DNA of 64,000 bases from Oopsacas minuta (GCA_024704765.1 JAKMXF010000304.1:344322-408321), one strand, 5' to 3'. Shown: positions 38,401 through 51,729, counted from the stretch's first letter. Numbers and translations: made by a program. The notes: generated from the letters alone by a model not told the origin.

Positions 38401-40028
38401 CTTGCATCCTCTTCTCCTCTTTATCGTCTAGAGATAACCTTTGGGTTTTAGCAACTGCATCTGTGAAATAAGTTGGACAATTTGGAAAGATACTAAGAAC
38501 TGCAAATTTCTTAGGAACAACTTTTTTCCCGGGCATCTTGATCATCTCGACTCCGTTATAATATTCAATATTCCTCTCGATATCTTCTTCACGGAAATGA
38601 TGTATACAGGCCTATAAAATAGAAATAATTATACTATATCACAAACAAATTTCTATAACAACTTACCAAAAATCGTTTATTCTCCTCATAGTCCCCTTTC
38701 GGTCGAGGAATCGCTCGAAACCACTTTTCACGAGTTTCAACATCAGTAGGAAAGGAAAAAGTAGGCACATATGAATCACCTTGACTGTGATAATTCGACT
38801 TACAACCAGGGGCCTTATTAACTAAAATTCTAAGAATTATTCTTAACTTAATTCTAAGTGTATTTCTAAGAATAATTCTAACAATTCATGAAATATTCTT
38901 ATTTGTCGTTAAGAATTCTTAACTTAGCTATACTCAACGGATTCTTAGAATTAAGCAATTCTAAGAAAAATTCTTAGAATTGGGTAATTCTACTTGATTG
39001 ATTCTTGCTATTGATTAATAAAATTTATGCCAATTCATTCGACTTCAATCGCTTTTTGAGAAGATATGCGCATAGTAGAAAATAATATCCTTCCACTTGT
39101 ATGCTTCATTTATCATTAATGAGATAAATTGCCCCACCCAATAGCGGGTATTACAACATGTGGATATGATAATCAAACATATTGTCTTAAGCGATGAACA
39201 ATCTTCTTTGTAAATAAATGCGTATTGATTATAATTTCATAGAAAAGTAAAATAAATTATAAGTTAAGTGTCCTCTTTACCTCACTAAATATTTTTCTTA
39301 GAATACGACTCAATTCTTAGAATAATTCTAAGAATTGAGTCGTATTCTAAGAATTTGGCTTAAAGTTAAGCATAATTCTAAGAATTTGACTAAAGAATTT
39401 TAGTTAATACCACTTTTATAAATTCTAAGGATAAGAATTAAGTGTTGGGAAATTCTAAGATTATTCTAAGAATTTGACTTAAGAATTTTATTTAATAAGG
39501 CCCCAGGTACTAGTCATGTTATGGTGAATATGTGATGATGCGGTACAAATATTGCAGTAATTGGAAGAAACGAAAATATTTACAATAATTATTATATATT
39601 ATCAACATTGAATACAAAATTTATGGGTGGGTAAAATATTTTCCATATTTAGACATTTAAGACACAAAATTTCAAAATTAATCACAAATATTGACGCTAA
39701 TACATAGTTTGCATGTTGCTACATAAGATCTCTATCCTCATAATGAATTATACATATTATTAGAGCACTATAGTCGATTAATTCGCGCGAAGAATACGAC
39801 TGAGTTGGATATTCAAACATGTGCAAAACTGAAGTTTTATAAATCAGGTAAAATTATACCAAAATATGTTCTAATGAGTAAGCAGTTGTTGGATACACAT
39901 AAATGTTAAAATCACTTTGATATATTAAGAAATACAAAAGTTATGATGTAAAGTAGCCCGATGGTAATGACAATCCATGGTCCAAAATTTTGATAGAGTG
40001 CCATTGCCTTAGTATATAGAATGCTATG
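35402..40028 (-). mobile_element. P-superfamily THAP transposon, copy 3, complete termini, decayed transposase
   Basis: 70-bp TIRs (first 35 nt identical, CATAGCATTCTATATACTAAGGCAATGGCACTCTA); perfect 7-bp TSD GCTGTAC; THAP domain; catalytic motifs MDEVH, CTDNYP, DALEHHFGSYRQMSG; GT-AG intron 38612-38666. Confidence 0.9.
38810..39503. mobile_element. PIF/Harbinger-type MITE (694 bp) with CAG TSD, nested in the THAP exon
   Basis: TIRs GGGCCTTATTAA(C/A)TAAAATTCT; CAG duplicated at 38807-38809 and 39504-39506; removal restores LVPGCKSNY. Confidence 0.85.
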
Positions 40029-40341
40029 GCTGTACTTAAATTATATTACCAGATTTTCAACGTTATACTAAAGAACAAAATCTATAGTTGTATCAATGTA
40101 TCAAAACTTGAAATATTATTTTACCAAGAATTGCTGATATTCTACAAAAATATGTGAATATATGATTGCATAAAATATTGTTTTATTGAATATATTTTCG
40201 GATATTCCGAAAAATTCTGAACTAGAAACATCAAAAATCTCAATAATCGTATTTTTTTCATCAAAGTCTACAGGGTATATCATAATTATTGTTGGGTCTA
40301 GGAAATATCTCAAAACACAAAATGTGGATCGTTTACTCTAA

Positions 40342-41402
40342 TTATTTATTTATGTTATCTCCATCGCATTCTATAACTGATCTAATCCTATTAGGCATAC
40401 TTGCTACTAAATTTTCTAAAAGTTTTGGATCAATGCCCTCCCAAGCCTTTTATACTTGAGAAATTAAATGGTCCAGCTTCGTCACATTCTCCATTTGGCT
40501 GACGCTATCTTTCAGAATAGACCATAGATTCTCAATAGATTGAGGTTGAGCGAGTTTCCTGGCCACTCTTCTTTCATCCAAAACTTTGGGAAATCTTTTT
40601 ACACAAGGACTGAGTCAAAATTTGCAGTGTGTGCTGGAGCACCATCCTGCATAAAAATAAAACTGGACATATCTGAGAGCATTGATCGCTGTAATATTGT
40701 CCCATTTTCTGAGTCGCGTATTATAGCATCCTTACAGGTTTTATTCAAAATACAGTTCCGATAGTAGCACCATTTGTCTGTTTTGGAGGCACTATATGGA
40801 GTTCAGAGACAGCTCGATGGGACATCATGGCCCAGACATGAATTTTCCCTGGAAATTTAACTTGAACGCAAGGTTCAACATTATCTGAATCTTTAGCCCA
40901 AACCCGGTCGTTCTGTCGGTTTGGAGTATTGAACAATTGAAAGGGTGCTTCATCAGACCACAATACCTGTTTCCAATCTTCGACAGTCCATTCTTTGCGA
41001 GATTCTGCAAATTTGAGTCGTTTTTCCTTCATTTTCTCGTCAATCGCGGCCTTTTAGACCTTTTGTAAGATTTCGCGCCAGTATTATCCCGAAGATAACA
41101 ATGAATGGTCGAATGCGATATAGAATAGCCCTTGAGGTCACTATGTCAGCCAATTTCCTAGTTGATTTGCATCTCTTTCCGAGAGATTTTGAATTTATAA
41201 TTTTGGTGGCCTTTTGTACACTCGAATTCCTCCCAGGATGGGCTAGTCTTTTGAGATTTTCCGAGCTACTGCTTGCGTCACCACCGTTCGATTGATCTCA
41301 AACTAACTTGGAGCTTTATAGATCCGTCTTTCTGGGTCATGCCAGCATTTAGCATGTCGATAGTTTGATACGGATTTCCAAACCATGATCTTTGACATTC
41401 AT
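40342..41402 (-). mobile_element. Tc1-family transposase relic related to 30024-31275
   Basis: MNVKDHG start; WTVEDWKQVLWSDEAPFQLF; MQDGAPAH; WPGNS; LVASMPNRIRSVIECDG. Confidence 0.85.
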
Positions 41403-41591
41403 TTTACGAATATATCAAGGAGCGTCATTATGGGTTCAGTTGTTAGAAATTGCTTTGTTGAATACAGGGAGAGTTACTACACTTCATAATATTCGCTACA
41501 GACAGAAGTCAAACAAGTAAATTGCAATATAACTAGGAAGTATCGTAAATATATATATTAAATATTTGATGATCAAATTTCACTTTGATTT

Positions 41592-43672
41592 ATGCAACTT
41601 TCAACTTATGAAGATAATTACAATTATGTGGAATGAGGAATTTACCCAAATCTTTTGAAACCTGGACAAGAAATTTTTAAAGTTTAGAAAGAGAGATTTT
41701 TGAAAGAAATGTCAATCGTTTCAAGTTAAAAATGGCATTCTCTACCATATTCCAACGAAGTTCCGACCTGATAGTATCAGAGAAGTTCCAAAGGATAGAC
41801 AAAGGAAGAATTTTTGGGCATTGCATTGTTCTAAGGCGGGCGATTGTCACTTTGGTATTTGTTCTACATTCAATATGATATCTGAAAGGTACTTGCTGAA
41901 AGGGATGTATAATGATATTCTCTCGATGGTAGATAGTTGTCAAGAATGTCAACAGCAACCTCAATTCAAGAAAGGCCCATCCGAACCACATCCTGTGAAT
42001 ATACCGGATTGAAGTTTTTCCAAATGGGGAATGGATTTAATTGTTTCTCTCATAGCAACAGTGGAAAGACATTTTTACATCATTGTTTTTACTGAATATC
42101 TCACTCGATGGGCAGAGGCTAAGGCAATTCCTAACAAGACTGCCTCTTGTACTTTTGCTGCGATATTAGATCTTATACTAACACGATTTGGTGCCCCTGA
42201 AATATAATCTCTGATCAGGGAAGAGAATTCGTAAGTGAACTCAACCATCTACTCTTTCTAGAACTTGAGATTAAGCATAACATATGCAGTGTGTATCATC
42301 CTCAGTCTAATTGACTGACGGAAAGATTTAATCAAACTCTCATCACCCAGTTGCGGAAGCTGGTAAACGACAATACGGACACTGGGATAAGTTAATCTCT
42401 TGGATATTAATGTCCTGCAGGTCTAATCGACAAGCATCTACAAAATCCTCGCCGTATTTTTTAGTTTATGGAATACAAATGTGACTACCAATCCAGATGG
42501 AATCATGTAAAGTTAACACAGATATGGGACAAAATGACAAATGTGTCTTGGAATCCAGAATCACGCGGGGTAGGAATTCCAAATTCGTTCAGGATTACTG
42601 CTAAATGTAACCTTACTAACTCTCAGCAAGCACAAAAACAACAACACGATACCAAACACCAATGTCCCAAGTATAAAATGAGTGCTCTTGTGGTATAAAA
42701 CCTGTCGACGCAATACACGTAGGGTGGTAAGCTTGAATCTGTATGGATAGGGAAGAGAATTATCGTAGAAATCTTGGAAATAGGTACATATAAATTAGAT
42801 GATCTCAAATGAATTTTTGATGGTACTCAACTTAAACCAGTAATTATGGAGGATATGGTAACAGAATTACCAACAAAGAAAACCAAATTAATCGAAAACA
42901 ATAACGAAGAAGTAATTCCACTTGAAATATAACAGGAGGTTCAAAACTATATATTTCACCCACCAGATGTACAATGATAGAGGAACATAAGCGATGCTTC
43001 TGGAGGAGCATTGAAGCTTAAGGAGAAGTCATCATTTATTGGCCAAGTACTAAGTGTAAAATTTACAACATTTTCGAAACAGATTCAAATAAAACATATT
43101 ATCGGCGATGGTAATTGTTTTTTTAGAGCTTTATCATACGTAATTACTAGAGAAGAAGACCAGCAATCTGCATTACGTAAATATGTTTGTAATTTTATGG
43201 AATTACAAGGGAAGGAAATAGGTGGAAAAAACCGCAAAGATTATCTCGAAGATTCGAAAATGAGGAAAGATGGAACGTGGGGAACTACAGATGAAATTTT
43301 TTTGCAGCAGCATAGTTAAAAACTACAATTTATACCTGGAATATAATAGGAGAAACACTCTGCTGTAATCGATATGGTCATAATATAGAAAATATCAACA
43401 ATTTCCGGATATATGTTGATAATTCTAGTAGCATCCATTATGATATTGGTCTATCGATTGGTAAAAAATGATAGCATTTCTTTTTTCATTACTTTTAGCT
43501 ATTATATTATATTTCATTTCTATTAATTTAGTTTCTCATGTTTATATTATTAAAAGGCAATATCTAATCATCTGATTATTTACTAAGTGGTAATTTTGCA
43601 AGGGAAAACATCGCTACATAGCGAATTTCCCGGGTGGAAAAACCACTGTAGGGGGATGAATACTATGTGACT
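41592..43672 (+). mobile_element. Ginger1-type DNA transposon relic: stand-alone Gypsy-like integrase fused to a C-terminal OTU protease
   Basis: ATG 41592; Y..NYNYV..GIYP motif; HCS..GDCHFG...CQECQ Zn finger; WGMDLI, SDQGREF, YHPQSN..TERFNQTL core; GGKLESVWIG; then IIGDGNCFFRALS...WGTTDEI...HYD (OTU); candidate end ...ATGTGACT|CCGG. Confidence 0.75.
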
Positions 43673-44154
43673 CCGGTCGTGAGGCCGTATTTCTAGTTAA
43701 CTATAGGATAAGGAAATCTGATTGAAAGAGTAGTTATCTATTCTATAATTATACATTTATCATGTATTGCTCAAATTCGAAGCGATATTATGACATAATC
43801 AACATGCTGTGGAAATGTGTAAAAACCACATAACTCACATTCATTAATATTTTCGTTGATGCAATGTGATCAATCGACTCCCAACTCTTGACCCTCTATC
43901 CAACAATAATACCTTTTCGTAGTCTAACTTTAGCGAATTAGCGATTTTAAGAAGACACAGTATACCCTATTCTAGGATCTGAGCTCGAAGCCCACATTCT
44001 TTCTTTATAGTAATTCATAATGGTAATATATGTTTCTCAATTGACCAATAATATAGTTCTACTCAGAGAAATAGTATAATTCCTAGAGAGCCCCATCAGG
44101 AAATCTATACTTCCATATTTGAAAGATAAATCATTAATATTTGAAATACTCAAT

Positions 44155-44579
44155 CTTGCCTGGGGTGATTGTAATATGTAATTGTAATTGTAATTTTGTT
44201 TCAAATATGATGTAATTGTAATTGTAATTGTAATTGTAATTGAATCTATTGGAATAACTAATTCTATATTTCAATTCTGTATTACTTTAAATATTGTTTG
44301 TTATTAACCAGAGAGAACTACAAAGATAAAATGATGTGCTGAAACCATTATAATGATGCATTTTATATCGTCTATCTACAAACTTGAGTATGTAATAATT
44401 ATTGCAACTGGCGAAGTTATGACATTGTATTGTAAGTGTATATATTATAATTCTTTCGTAATGTAATTGTAATATATTATAATATCTTCGTAATGCAATT
44501 GTAATACCAATTGTAACGGATAAAAATTGCTTAATTGCAATCGAATATATTCCATTTTAATTTATTGACCTCAGGTCTG
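44155..44579. mobile_element. MITE with internal GTAATT hexamer arrays
   Basis: Right end ATTGACCTCAGGTCTG, degenerate left end CTTGCCTGGGGTGATT; many GTAATT copies. Confidence 0.5.
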
Positions 44580-45505
44580 TCATCAATTGTAAGGGTTCCC
44601 TTTTACTTTCTCATGCATCAATGGTTTACCAACTTTTCTCATTAACCTGAAACTTTGCAGATTGATGGTATCTGTTAGTGTACGAGGACCTGCGATTTAA
44701 ATATCCATCCGCAGGAAATTTCCGAGAATGTGTCTATCCAGACTCACATGTTAGTATCGAACCAAATGCGGGAATTACAAACCTTATTTGGGAGCATTTG
44801 CATAGCCAACCTTTGACCCAATCTGATATATTTAGAAGTTATCCACTTTCGCCCTACGAATTCTCCTTTTTTGGGAAATTTATTTTGCAATATTTCAAAG
44901 ATACATGTAAATGTATGCTTATCTACTTTATCGCCATGTAAGCAATCAAGCAAACATTCTCCTATCTGATAAAATATAGGTTTTTCTTTGGTAACCTATC
45001 TTGAATAGTTCACTTTCAACGTTTTTTCACATTATACCTTACCTTGGGTTTACATTTCCAAATTACTTATCTGGATATACGATAGCCTACTATACATAAG
45101 CCCTAATATTAATGTGCGAATATCGGACTAGGGATATGTTATCAGATAAAACCTCAAAGAAGGCATAGTACGATAGTTTGATAATCTCGACTCTTCCCTT
45201 TTTAATCTCCTCTCCTGGTCCGACACCCAAGGAATATTTCGAATAATTTTAGGACTAAATGGTATTTCTTTCGGTAGAGTTGGCGTAGAGTTCGATCTCA
45301 TCATCAGATACTCTCTAAATTGACTAAATGCCATGGAATATTTCTTTAAAGACAATAACGGACTCTTTTTGTCCAATAATTATTTGCCATGAAAATAATA
45401 TTTTTCTGGAAGGATTGGTCTCTAACCTTCATAGTGCTTGGCAGCTGAGTTGACGTATATAATACACACCAACCCAGCATAATTATTTCAACAAAAATAT
45501 ATATA

Positions 45506-46590
45506 CAGTGGAGTCTCCTAATTGGGCACTCCGAGAAGCGGACAACCTCCTACAACGGACAAATTTCGTGGCACGGATTGAATTTGTCAAGCATGTAATG
45601 CAGTTGAAGTTGCTATAAATGACACATATTTACTTGTATGTTGTACTAGTAGTTTATCTTATCTGCAAAATGAGTTTATCACCTGATCTTAATAATGATC
45701 AGGAGATAACCTAATAGATTTGGTGAATAACTTTTGTCGAATACCCAATTATTTCCAGTGATAAACTTGAGGTTTAATTCCTATAATTAAAGTGGCTGCG
45801 ACTTCAGCTTACACTGCTGGAGCATCCAACAAGAAACACTGCCTGGAATTGAAATGAATAATTGAAGTGATCAAGACACTACAGAAGAATCTAGGGATTA
45901 GTATTAGAGCTCTGGGGGAATTTTCAGTGTGGAAAGAGCCAAATTGTAGAATTACTCAAGAATAAAGAGTATTTGCTAGCTGCGTTCGAATCTAATGCGT
46001 CAGAGTATAGAGCTCATATCAGCAAGACACCTCGTAATTCGGATTATATTGAAGTCAACATATCCCTATACTAGTTGTACACTCTTGCCTGATCAAAAAT
46101 ATATCCTGGTGGCCTACATCTAGGAGATAATGCAAAACAGATCGCTGAATGCCTTGGAAAATCCAATTGTAAACGTTCAACTTGCTAGTTGGCGAAGTGA
46201 AAAGGAAAGTACAATATCAACAGTTTACAATTTGTGGAGAATCATGAAATGTACAAGTTGATTCCTGGAAAGAGAGGCTTCCTGAAAAAATTCAAGATTA
46301 TGTTAAAGATAACTTATGAAATATGGACGAAACAGGTGTTTTTGGTAGGCTTTACCTGATCGTTGGTTTTGCCAAATGGGGAATCAGTGTAATGGAGGCA
46401 ACAAAAGTAAGCAAGGGAAACTGTAGCTTTTTTTGTTACCTAGCAGGTACAAAAATAAGTTCTGTGGTAATCTGGAAATCCCAAAATCCACGATGCTTTT
46501 AAGGGTTTGATAAGTGGCTTTTGGCTAGTTCATTATTTCAGTCAGAATACAGCCTGGATGACTGGGGAGATACTGGAGCGATTGCTACAT
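45506..46590 (+). mobile_element. pogo/Tigger element 5' part (CENP-B-type HTH and start of DDE)
   Basis: TA|CAGTGGAGTCTCC...CGGACAACCTCC terminus; decayed IEVIK, DETGVF, VVIWKSQNPRCFKG, AWMTGEILE motifs. Confidence 0.75.
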
Positions 46591-47038
46591 GACAATTTGT
46601 GATTATATTTCGTCTATTCTGACGAAATATATATATATTTACAAATTGGTATGTAGCAATCGCTGTCAAAACTTTGGAAAATGAGTCAAACACCTGATGG
46701 CATTGCCCTGGCTACCAATAGAGAGAAGGAAAACCAGCTCTCAGAATAGAATTTAGAGGGAATCTTCTCAATCAGACATGTACTTCATCAGAATATCTTG
46801 ATTCAATTACAATAACAATTGGTAGTTTGTACTTTCATCCAGATATGTTAACGATACCAATAATTGATATCCTGGACCTGAATTATCTGGAGGACAAATG
46901 AGGCACTTCTATGAATACTAATCATATATTATCTTATTTCAATCTCCTTGGCTTACACACTTTTCATTAACCTCAATATCTTCAACTGCTATTTTTCACT
47001 TCTAGCTAAATGAATAAATTATCAAAGATATCCAGGTA

Positions 47039-47818
47039 CAGTCGAAACTGTCTATTTCTGTCTATATTTTGCCGCAACATTGTTAAATTAGCAATTTCCT
47101 AGTATATGTAATCGGATACCTATGACTCGGGTTTCTGACTTGTCGTTTTTCTTAATATTTTCTCTGAACAGAATTCGTTTATACTGACTACATCATTTCC
47201 TCCTAAAACAGGACTTCTCATCATTATGGCTGAGAGTATCGTATGGTCCTTCTTCCCTGAGCCACAGCCTCTGAGCATAAGGCAGGCGGAATTGGAAAGA
47301 ATATTCAACATCTCTACTCAGTCTGTGCCTATAAACTCCATCAAGTTTACACCATGATCGAAAATATACAGCGGGACCGATCATCAAAATGAAAATCTCT
47401 TAAAGGTGCTAAATACAACAAGAATTTGGAGGCGTCTTATTGCACTGGTCCAAAATATTCGCGGAGCAGGCAAAGAGCTGTCAAGAAATATTTACTGTTG
47501 CAGCCAAGCTAGCAGCTAGAATTCTCAACAAGAAGCTCCAGCTCATATGTATGGGTCCTAATAAACACGTAGGTGGCCTTTGACATAAGGTAGGAAGGCA
47601 GATGCTCCAGCTGTTTATTATTCTGCAAAAATGGGCTGGGTGAATACAAATCTATTCTCAAAGATCTTAAGGGACTTCGAAAGTCAAACACAATAACTTG
47701 ACACCCACGTACTTCTAAATCTCAACAACGGATTGAGTTATACACTAAACTAGATCAAAATTCTCCCCAGAATATCACATCAGTCTTCCAGCCTTGTGAC
47801 TCATGCCTTATACGATCT
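47039..47818 (+). mobile_element. pogo/Tigger DDE fragment
   Basis: TA|CAGTCGAAAC terminus; PAVYYSAKMGWVNTNLFSKIL and PQNITSVFQPCD motifs. Confidence 0.55.
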
Positions 47819-50290
47819 CAGGCACGGATCCACTGATGGTGCGTACCCCCCTATATATATTTCTCAAAAGAAAATAATTAGTTTCTTAAATATTTACTAA
47901 TTGTTTAATTCGTACAAATATATGTATTCTTTTCACTTTCTCATCCTCTTCTTAAGGGTCGATAGTTGGTGATGCTATTTTAACGCATTCTATAAATTTA
48001 TTAGCAACAAAAAGCAGGATTATTTGATATTGTCAAATATCTAACGGTCCTCAATTTTGTAACTGCAGATGAACAAATTGAATGCTGCGAAGAGTAGGGA
48101 GTTTTCAATTCATCTCAAGTGAGCCTACCCCTCTCATCAATTCGTTTGAGATATTCACAAGAAACGACAATACAGTGTCTATAAATCAATTTTCATCAAT
48201 TTCTGTCGACATTGGTAGGAAAGTCTGTGGGCCAACTCAATCAACACCCCAACCTTACCTAAAACATTTTTGAGAAAATATATTCTAAGTCAAGGAAGTG
48301 TACGGTATTTCGGCCTGAATGGTATGAAATTCATCCTTGAATTAGTTATAGCGTCCCTATGATTATGGTTTATTGTTTCCATTTGTATATTTCAGCCCTG
48401 GACTACACGAAACAACTTTTACCAAGAGGCTTTGGAAATTGAGATAATGCAAATGTAATCGACAAAGGACTGGAGAAACATAACTTAATCATCTTGCCAC
48501 TGACCAACATGATAATTGGCAAGAATATACACAGTAATTGTTACACAATCACAGTTCCATCGCGTTTAGACTTAATATGCATAGGCCCGATATGGTAGAA
48601 AATATTGTTATATACTTCACTATACTTCTAGAATATATTCGCTACTTTTGTCTACAGGAACTCCCTTTCGAGGGTATGACGAAAATTCAGATTCCCTTAA
48701 CAAAGGCAAGTTTAGTGAACTGATGGAGGTAAATTTCATGGTTAACAAAGATTTCAGGGATGTTGGGGATAAAATTATATGCCAATATTCTATTCAAGTT
48801 GATTATCTCGTTAAAGCGATTTATAATGGAATGATTTCATTGATGGCATCAGAAATTCGTAGAATAATTGGTGAGGAAGTAAAATTTAGTATGTCTTTTT
48901 TATATTATTGGATGAATCCTAGAGTACCATAGGTACAGCGTATGAACAACTTAACTTTTGCGTTCAGTTTAGTTATGGTTCTGTGTCCCAAGAAATATTC
49001 TTAGGCTTTTCATATATTACACATGACCTAATCATATCCAATGAAGCACAAATATTCATTTCTTTCTTACAAACCACCAGCGGAAAACTTATCGCTATTT
49101 CAATGAATGGTGCTAGCGTAATGAGTAGTCATGTTAGCGATGTTCAAGCACGTCTTAAAGATAAATATCCATGGTTAGTCCATATTCATTGCACTGCTCA
49201 TTGGGTTGATAAGACATCTTGTCGAAATAGGTTACCACCCTTGACTCATAATACACATTTTTTATCCAAACTAAACATAACCATCTCTTTGAAGAATGAC
49301 CAAATGATATTAGATGAAACTATACAGATGATCCCGCAAAGTTTGGATGTCAGATGTCCTTCTTGTTTCGACTTAGTAGACACAGAATATGACAGTTAAC
49401 AAACTATTCTAGTGGCTCTATGTCGCAGATGTGAACATTCAAATACACAATCAATAACTGCATCAGGTCTATATCATAAAATGTCTGATGGGAGATTTAA
49501 TCTAACTATTGTATTGCTACATTTTGTGCTAGGCATCTTAAACCTTTTCTCGCTTTATCCACAATCACCAAATATATTGATTGGCATCAGGCTAATCACG
49601 GAATATCTTTAGTTAAGAGAACTATTGGAGATCTAAACTTACCACATATCTTATCATATAATATTCAGAAGGCGGAATTTTTCGGTGAAAAATGTTCTAT
49701 ACCTTCGACAATGTCTTCAATATTGCATTGGACAAAAGTAATATTGCATTGGACAAAAGCAATATTGGATTTCGATATAATTCAATAACTTTTTTAGAGA
49801 ATGTCACCAATCAAAATGGATCTGATTTTAGAGGAGTTGGATAAACGATTTTCAATTCAAACCATGAACATTTTTGATAGATCTTGATGGATTAAATCCT
49901 AAAGCGAGTACTTTTGAATTTAAGTGAGCTGAAGCGATTATTTGAACGTTATTCGCGTCAATTGTAGTGAAATTTCCCTACAATCTGAGTTGTTAAGATT
50001 ACAAGCATTTCATGTGGATAATTTATGAGTAAAAGTTATGAATCCGGAATTTTACCCAATATCATGAGATTGATTCATTCGAAGAATTGGTTACCTGTTT
50101 CAATAGCATCTTTGAACGCACATTTTCTTACATGAATAGAATAAAATGATTCCAAAGAGAATAACTTTCTGACTGTCTGTTAAGCGATCTCGCAGTTTTA
50201 GCTTTAAATAAGGATATCACCAAGAATATATATACAAAATCGAAGCTTTTAGCCACGAAAGAGAGAAGAGTGGTATCGAGGAATAGATTT
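47819..50290 (+). mobile_element. hAT element, ZMYM1-like lineage, decayed
   Basis: CAGGCACGGATCC terminus; FRPEWYEIHP, TPFRGYDENSDSLNKGKFSEL, NGASVMS...VQARLKDKYPWLVHIHCTAH. Confidence 0.75.
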
Positions 50291-50409
50291 GTTATTGCTA
50301 ATTATGATTTTTCAATTAGTTCATATTGCTTTATTGATACAAACATATGAATAAATCTGTTGTGACTTATTGATAACAAACATATAAATAAATCTGATCG
50401 TGTTTTGAT

Positions 50410-50540
50410 GATGGCGATGAGGACCTCCGCGATGACCCTCGCCCAGGTCGTGCGACTTCCTCAAAAGCCCGCAGTAATATCGAGAGGGTCTAAAGAATTT
50501 TGGACGAGGATAGATGAATAGCCCTGCGAGAGTTAGTGCT
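50410..50540 (+). mobile_element. Mariner N-terminal HTH fragment
   Basis: DGDEDLRDDPRPGRATSS...NIERV*RILDEDR. Confidence 0.6.
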
Positions 50541-51729
50541 GTAAATATATTTTGTGCCCCACCCACAAAATCGAATCAATGGCATAATGTCGTATGGGGT
50601 ATCAAACACAAGTACATCATGGGCGTTTCATTTTCGTTTTAAGGCTGTTTACTGAAATCCACTTGATTGCTCAAAGTATATATTAATTCAATACATAATA
50701 ACCATTAAACATTGAAGAGGGGTTTCAGAACAACCTGGTAATTATGGAAGAGAAGTATTTTGTTATATGAAATACGTATTAAGTGGGATATACTTCAAAT
50801 ATTCTATTAACCATTTATCAGTCTTGGTCGCTACCATATAAGTTTTCAATTCCTATTACGTTATTACCAATCCTGGCTTACTCTGACTATGGCACCGATA
50901 CTTACCCGCAAAGCCTGGCAAACCACATATATTGTTCTTATCGAGGCAACCACTTGCTATAAACTCACTCTAAACATAAATAGCTTCGAGTAACTAGACC
51001 AGGTTCTTCATCTTCAGCTGCACTGTACGAATAAATATAAGTTACTCAAGGACTATATAACAAGGCATCGACCAAATTTTCATCAACTATAGGCAATCAA
51101 GATACCCCCGACTCTACTCTCACGTGTTTATGAGGTTTGATGCTAAATTTAGCAGGAAATAACCCTTTAGTGAAATTGTGGAGCTGGGACAGAGATATAT
51201 AGAGAATAATTTCTGTGCCATAGAATCAAAATGGTGGAATTATAACAGGACTATATGTATTAGTGTTATTTCACCAAATACGCAACCACCCAATCAATAT
51301 CTGCGTAAATTTCAAAAGGAAATGATGTAACTAGATGATAACTGAAGAATTCTATTACCAAAAATTCCTCATTTGAAACAACTGTAAGGAGAGTAATATT
51401 CCAATTACGATTCCCAAATTTTACAATTGGAATTTAGGATGTTTATACAAAATATGAAAATTTGTGATGACGAGTGTTTTCGGAGTTACAGTAGTGACCA
51501 TGGATGCCATATATTTGCCAATATTCCCCAAGAAATGGCCAACCTTCAAAGTTATTGTCAAATCATCTGACATACATATAGAACTTGGTAACATAAAAGT
51601 AATGAAACTTGGTGTGTAACTTCACTATAACCATAGTGTATACATATTATTGGCCCAACTTTGTTAGTACTTGATGTGACTCAAAAGTAACGAGACTCTA
51701 TTTCTAAGTCATTATATAGGTGAAATAAC

